From positions 1 to 28,828 of IMG/VR virus record IMGVR_UViG_3300025066_000115: a stretch of 28,828 nt of DNA. The stretch is one strand, 5' to 3'. The notes under the pieces are model-generated. The model searched no databases and was not told the origin of the DNA. It saw only the letters and a program-made list of their open reading frames with translations. Below are positions 24,189-28,828 of this stretch, in pieces. Source of the DNA: a virus. Taxonomy: Duplodnaviria; Caudoviricetes. The first letter of the stretch is position 1, and the number at the start of each line of letters is the position of its first letter. The translations under genes and the position numbers were made by a program.

Positions 24189-25745
24189 ATGCCTACAATT
24201 TTAGATGATAGAAGAATAAGTGAGTTGGGACGAGGAGGTGTCTTTGAGGGAGACATCGTGCCTGGGACTGGGGGTGGAACATTACTACCCGACGGTTCTG
24301 TTAGAGGAGGAACATCACCGCAACCACAAGCACAAACCTTTGGTGCTGATGTGTTTGACTCTCCAGCTTTTCACGCTGCAGGAGGCGTAGGAGCACCTGA
24401 GCAGACTATCGGAGAGGCTCTTGGAACATTCCAAGCTCCTGCTGCAGATGTATTAGATGAATCACGATTTATTCCACGAGATGTGAATGTAGACCAGATT
24501 CGTCGTAACACAATGCGTCAATTCCAGGGTGAGATTGATGCCGCTAACCGCGTATATGACCAACTTTTAAATGAAGCACGTATCGAAGGTCAAGGACGAT
24601 TAGGTTCAGCACGAGCCATTGCAGGACGATCAGGAACACTAGGTTCTGACTTTGGAGCTGCACAGAAGGAACAGGTACTAGGACAGAACCTTGGTATTGA
24701 ACGATCTATTGGGGCAGAGCGAGGCGCAGCTATCGCAGCTATCATGGGACGAGGGCGCGCGGCAGCAGCAGAAGAGATTGCGGCCAAGCGAGCTGCATTA
24801 CAGAGTGGTGTAGATAACTACATTACATTCTTAGGTGCTAAGACAGAGCGAGATGCACAAAATCTATCTAATCTTACATCATCACTTATCGCACAGGGAT
24901 TTGACCCTAGCGAAATGGATCCAGAAGAAATCGCAGCTATCGCTGAAAGCTATGGCACAGATACTGGCACAATCCTATCAAGCTACTCTACAGCTAGGGC
25001 AGAGGCTGATGCAGCAGAGGCGGCGGCAGCTCGAGAGGGACAATTCAACCTATCAGAAGGTCAGGCACGATTTGATGCACAAGGTAACGTAATCGCACAA
25101 CGAGCTAAGACATTCAAACCAACCGCAGGTACAGGCTCAAGAGGAATAGGGGCGGGATTAGATGTGTCTAATTTGACAGAAGGTATCCTTCAGGGTGTTG
25201 CTGGACTTAAAGACCTTACACCATCACAGCGCGGTGATGTGATTAGCGAAATTATAGCATCTGGACGAGGTCAAGAGTTGAAAGATCAGTTCACAGGATT
25301 TGCAGATGCTAAAAAGAACACAATCATTGAGTTTGTGGATAAAGCGTTGACTCAATTTACTGACGCAGAAGGAAACGCACTATTGCGAGTTGGATCATCT
25401 AAGATTCCAGGAACAGACTCATTCGACTTCAATCAGACTCTCGAAACAATCAAGGCGAACATTGGATTTAATGAACTTCAAGAAATGCGTGCTGCATCAC
25501 CAACAGGAGGTGCACTGGGACAAGTTTCTGAACGAGAATTGTCTACACTGCAGGCAGTTCTAGGATCTCTTGATATTGGTCAATCGGATGCACAAATTAC
25601 AGAGAACCTCAACAAGATTAGGGAGAGTGTTCAAAAATGGGGAGACGCTGTTAGACAGGCCAATGTCAATGACTACGGTACTGATGTGGTTGGATCAAAC
25701 ACGGTGATTGGCCCAGATGGACAAGAGTATGAGCTTACAGACTAA
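24189..25745 (+). CDS. Internal virion (DNA ejection) protein
   Basis: Ala/Gly/Gln-rich and helical, with FNLSEGQARFD and C-terminal IKANIGFNELQEMRAASPTGGALGQVSERE motifs seen in podovirus ejection proteins. Confidence 0.65.
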   Translation: MPTILDDRRISELGRGGVFEGDIVPGTGGGTLLPDGSVRGGTSPQPQAQTFGADVFDSPAFHAAGGVGAPEQTIGEALGTFQAPAADVLDESRFIPRDVNVDQIRRNTMRQFQGEIDAANRVYDQLLNEARIEGQGRLGSARAIAGRSGTLGSDFGAAQKEQVLGQNLGIERSIGAERGAAIAAIMGRGRAAAAEEIAAKRAALQSGVDNYITFLGAKTERDAQNLSNLTSSLIAQGFDPSEMDPEEIAAIAESYGTDTGTILSSYSTARAEADAAEAAAAREGQFNLSEGQARFDAQGNVIAQRAKTFKPTAGTGSRGIGAGLDVSNLTEGILQGVAGLKDLTPSQRGDVISEIIASGRGQELKDQFTGFADAKKNTIIEFVDKALTQFTDAEGNALLRVGSSKIPGTDSFDFNQTLETIKANIGFNELQEMRAASPTGGALGQVSERELSTLQAVLGSLDIGQSDAQITENLNKIRESVQKWGDAVRQANVNDYGTDVVGSNTVIGPDGQEYELTD

Positions 25746-25747
25746 CT

Positions 25748-27487
25748 ATGGCTATAAAAATCACAAGAGAAGAATACGAAAAGAAATTTGGTAAATCTCC
25801 TGTAGTATCTACGCAACAGCCCATCAAAATTACACGAGCCGAATTTGAAAAGAAGTTTAAGAAACCTGAAGGTGGTAGATTTGATGTACCAGCTATTCCA
25901 GAATCACGACCAGACAAGATTGCACGATTCCAGAGCGAGACTGCACAGTTCCAAGAGGAGGCTGATAAGTTTAAGGGATTTGGCTTCGTTAAGGAGACAG
26001 GCAAGGAGATTGCAAAGACACTGCTACCAGGACACGCTGGGTTACTAGAAACAGGTAAGGCATTGGGAGATGCGGGGTCTTTTGAAGCTCTTGCTGAGAG
26101 TTCAGTACAACTAGGTACACAACAGGCTGAACTAAGAAAGCGAATTAGGGACAAAGAGGCTCGTGGAGAAGATGCCACACAACTAAAGCGTGCATTTAAT
26201 ACAAACCAGGACACTATCGAAGCTAACAAAAAGCAGATTGAGTCACAAAGACAAGCACTACCGACTAACAAGCAATTCATCGGGCAAGTGGGAGCAGCTA
26301 CTGTTGATACTTTAGCAGCAGGAACGTTCGGAAAGGCTGCTGCAGGACTTAAATCAGGACAATCGGGACGAGCACTACCCACTATAATCACACCAGGTAA
26401 GGCGGGAATTGCGGGGCAAATCAAGGCAGTCGCACCAGGAGCCGCATTAGGTTACAGCTTTGATGTTACATCTGGACTACAAGAGGGAGAAGAGAATCCA
26501 TTCGCACCAGGAATCGGAACACTTATTGGTGTATCTGCTCCACTATTGTCTCGAATGGTGACAAAGACTAAAAATATCCTACCTAAGCCACAGAAGGTTA
26601 ATAAGGAGATTGATGAAGTTGTGGGTAAGATCACACAGTCCAAGAAGCCCTTTATTCGTGATAAATCAGCTAACGCATTGAAACGATTAGACACATCTGA
26701 TGTAAAAACATACAAAGATTTAAATACAAAATCATCAGAGAAGATTTCTGATCTATCAACTAGCCTTGACAGAGTGTTGTCCAAAGACAAGACTCTATAT
26801 AAAATAGACGACCTTGTAACAACCACCAAGGTTGGAGAACAGTCAGTTTCTACTAATCATGTGGCCAATGCTTTTGACGATCTGACCGAAATCTATACTA
26901 AAAATGGAGAGGCAGAAAAAGTGGCTCTTATCACACAATTACGTGAAAAGGCCGCAACAACAGGCCTAACTGTTCAAGACATTAACGACCTTGCTAGGAC
27001 TTATGGCATTGATGGAAAGAATGCGTTTTCAAAACTAGGAGATCCTTTGACGGGGGTAACAGCAGTTCGTGCCGAAAACACACGTAAGGGCGTTAAAGAA
27101 GCCGCACGTAGTCGTTCTGAAAATAGAGAGGTGTTTGAGCTTCTAGACGGCGAAATCTCTGACCTATTCAAATTACAAGACTCTTCAAAGAAGATGGCTG
27201 AGCGAGTCCTGGCTCTACAGAACCGCGTGGAGAGCAAGGGACTGGGCGCTTCATTCGGAAACCAACTATTCCAATTGATTGACATTCTTTCTTTCCGCAG
27301 TGCTGGTGGGATACTAAGATCTGTCGGAGGACAAATTAGTCCATCAAGAGGTAATTTGAAGACACTAAACGCACTAGAACTCGAGAAGAATTTACAGAAA
27401 AATCTAAAGAAGCTAGATGATCTACTAGATATCACCAACGATATTGATTTCCAAAAGGCATTACTAAAGTTGCTAAACGAGGGTTAG
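25748..27487 (+). CDS. Internal virion (DNA ejection) protein
   Basis: 579 aa, helical with Gly/Ala-rich hydrophobic segments, in the expected position. Confidence 0.6.
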   Translation: MAIKITREEYEKKFGKSPVVSTQQPIKITRAEFEKKFKKPEGGRFDVPAIPESRPDKIARFQSETAQFQEEADKFKGFGFVKETGKEIAKTLLPGHAGLLETGKALGDAGSFEALAESSVQLGTQQAELRKRIRDKEARGEDATQLKRAFNTNQDTIEANKKQIESQRQALPTNKQFIGQVGAATVDTLAAGTFGKAAAGLKSGQSGRALPTIITPGKAGIAGQIKAVAPGAALGYSFDVTSGLQEGEENPFAPGIGTLIGVSAPLLSRMVTKTKNILPKPQKVNKEIDEVVGKITQSKKPFIRDKSANALKRLDTSDVKTYKDLNTKSSEKISDLSTSLDRVLSKDKTLYKIDDLVTTTKVGEQSVSTNHVANAFDDLTEIYTKNGEAEKVALITQLREKAATTGLTVQDINDLARTYGIDGKNAFSKLGDPLTGVTAVRAENTRKGVKEAARSRSENREVFELLDGEISDLFKLQDSSKKMAERVLALQNRVESKGLGASFGNQLFQLIDILSFRSAGGILRSVGGQISPSRGNLKTLNALELEKNLQKNLKKLDDLLDITNDIDFQKALLKLLNEG

Positions 27488-27555
27488 TCCCACGCATGGT
27501 TCATAAGCCAGTTGTATACCCAAAGGGCAGCTAATACTATGAAGAATGTTTGCAT
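27484..27555 (-). CDS. Antisense 23-aa hydrophobic peptide (MQTFFIVLAALWVYNWLMNHAWD)
   Basis: Hand-translated. Has its own promoter ending 6 nt before the ATG, and its stop overlaps the convergent gene's stop. Confidence 0.55.
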   Translation of the reverse strand: MQTFFIVLAALWVYNWLMNHAWD

Positions 27556-27606
27556 GACTAAACTATATATGATAGTCATCAAAAGTCAAGCGTTGTGGTA
27601 TAATTA
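27554..27606. promoter_or_regulatory. Back-to-back promoters with an inverted repeat
   Basis: Minus strand: TTGACT(27589-27584)-N16-TATAGT(27567-27562)-N6-ATG. Plus strand: TGGTATAATTA at 27596-27606. ATGACTA-N12-TAGTCAT at 27554-27579. Confidence 0.65.
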
Positions 27607-27614
27607 TATAAAAC

Positions 27615-28828
27615 ATGGATGAATTTGAAATAGAACTACAAGCGAAACAATTACAAGAGATGCAAGAGGCGAATAAGAACGCTGAAGCCAGCCTTGTTAC
27701 ACAAGATAAAATTGTTAAGAAGTTTGAGAGCCTTGCTGACAGCATGGAGCGTATTGCTATTCCTAACGCCACGTTCACAAAGATTAAGGGGCCTAAGGGA
27801 GATAAGGGTGCAGAGGGAAAGCAAGGTAATCCTGGACCACAGGGTGAAGCGTCCAAAGTGCCTGGACCAAAGGGAGCTGACGGTAAAGACGGGGCACGTG
27901 GGCCAAAGGGTGATACAGGTAGTATAGACCCTAAAGATCTAGAAAAAGCAATCAAATCTGTTCCGAAAGACACAGCAGATGTAATTGCACGTAAACTTAA
28001 CTCTAAGAAGAAGGTCTTGGACTATGCGGTACTAAAGAACGTACCTGACTTTGATGCTGAATTTAATCACATACTATCTAAGGTTGCGTCTAAGACATAT
28101 GACATTGAGGACATTCCAGGATTGCAAGATGCGTTGGATTCAGGTACAAATGGTGCAATATGGGGTCTTATCACGGGTACAATCACAGACCAAACAGACC
28201 TTACAACTTACATTGCAAACCAACTTGCCACACAAGACACACTACAAGAAGTTACAGACAACGGTGCTACTACAACGAATGATATTACAGTTGCAGGATT
28301 GGAAATTTCAGATACATTTCCTACCTTAAATTTTGCTCATACAGCATCAGGTGATAATGCTGATGTATCCTACACAGATTCAGCAGGATTGGTATTTACA
28401 ACGTCTACTGGCGGAATGACTTTTGCTCCTGATAGTGGAATAGTGAATGTTGGTACAGCGATTGACCTGAACGGAACATCAGGTGATATTATGATGGCTA
28501 GTGCTTCTGACTCAACGGGTGTTCGTGTAGATGTGACTAATCAGATTCTAAAAGACTCTTCAGACTTTAATTCACTTAACTGGGATAATCGTCAAGGTGT
28601 ATGGACTGATGGAACAACTATTACCTTAGATTGGGCTATTGGTATTTTATATGACTCAACGGGAACAACTTCTGTGGACTGGATTACCAATCGTCACCTT
28701 GTAGATTCTCTTGGTTCAGTAGTTGTTGATTGGGACGGACAGTATCTAAATGACAATACATCATTCCTTTCTGTTGACTGGGGACAACGTAAACTATTTG
28801 ATACAGATGGAACAACAGAAGTTTATAA
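27615..28828 (+). CDS. Collagen-repeat tail fibre-like protein (3' truncated by the window)
   Basis: Open frame from MDEFEIELQAKQ to the window end (absent from the track because there is no stop). Contains Gly-X-Y repeats (GPKGDKGAEGKQGNPGPQG..), WGLITGTITDQTDL, TLQEVTDNG and ~16-aa LxDxxGxxSVDW repeats. Confidence 0.8.
   Translation, partial: MDEFEIELQAKQLQEMQEANKNAEASLVTQDKIVKKFESLADSMERIAIPNATFTKIKGPKGDKGAEGKQGNPGPQGEASKVPGPKGADGKDGARGPKGDTGSIDPKDLEKAIKSVPKDTADVIARKLNSKKKVLDYAVLKNVPDFDAEFNHILSKVASKTYDIEDIPGLQDALDSGTNGAIWGLITGTITDQTDLTTYIANQLATQDTLQEVTDNGATTTNDITVAGLEISDTFPTLNFAHTASGDNADVSYTDSAGLVFTTSTGGMTFAPDSGIVNVGTAIDLNGTSGDIMMASASDSTGVRVDVTNQILKDSSDFNSLNWDNRQGVWTDGTTITLDWAIGILYDSTGTTSVDWITNRHLVDSLGSVVVDWDGQYLNDNTSFLSVDWGQRKLFDTDGTTEVY

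Noticed and set aside
12555-28329. Many alternative-frame and antisense ORFs in the track (e.g. 12881-13306, 23863-24165, 25735-26424, 27563-27973)
   Set aside because: They are shadow ORFs fully overlapping well-supported genes, with no recognisable motifs.
1-28828. Stop-codon reassignment
   Set aside because: Long genes are intact in code 11, and TAA, TAG and TGA all end genes at sensible junctions.
22004-28828. Diversity-generating retroelement acting on tail genes
   Set aside because: No reverse transcriptase and no template/variable repeat pair seen in the window.

Overview
This window is most of the genome of a small dsDNA tailed phage with a podovirus-like (P22/T7-type) virion module, in the standard genetic code. 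Layout: (i) 1-7581, recombination/replication genes: DUF5664-like nucleotide hydrolase, PD-(D/E)XK nuclease, two HNH endonucleases, a probable SSB, a resolvase-like nuclease, an SF2 helicase, a TOPRIM primase with a C-terminal CHC2 zinc finger, and an MCM-like AAA+ ATPase; (ii) 7578-10462, a leftward string of small accessory genes including a T7 Ocr-like DNA mimic; (iii) 10490-12370, a control region with promoters, two RHH-like genes, terS and two tandem repeat arrays; (iv) 12371-28828, terL, portal, scaffold, capsid, adaptor, nozzle, tail proteins, ejection proteins and a truncated collagen-containing fibre. I recognise no integrase, DNA polymerase, tRNA, CRISPR array or endolysin. Most notable: four unrelated pairs of direct repeats, each duplicating a leader/ATG junction on both sides of accessory genes (a possible cassette insertion/excision mechanism); the Ocr homologue; DnaA boxes beside three early promoters; and a leaderless antisense 23-aa membrane peptide gene with its own promoter. 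Leaders without Shine-Dalgarno sequences together with TTGACA/TATAAT promoters suggest a Patescibacteria (CPR)-type host, which is an inference. All family assignments were made by eye from motifs, without database searches.
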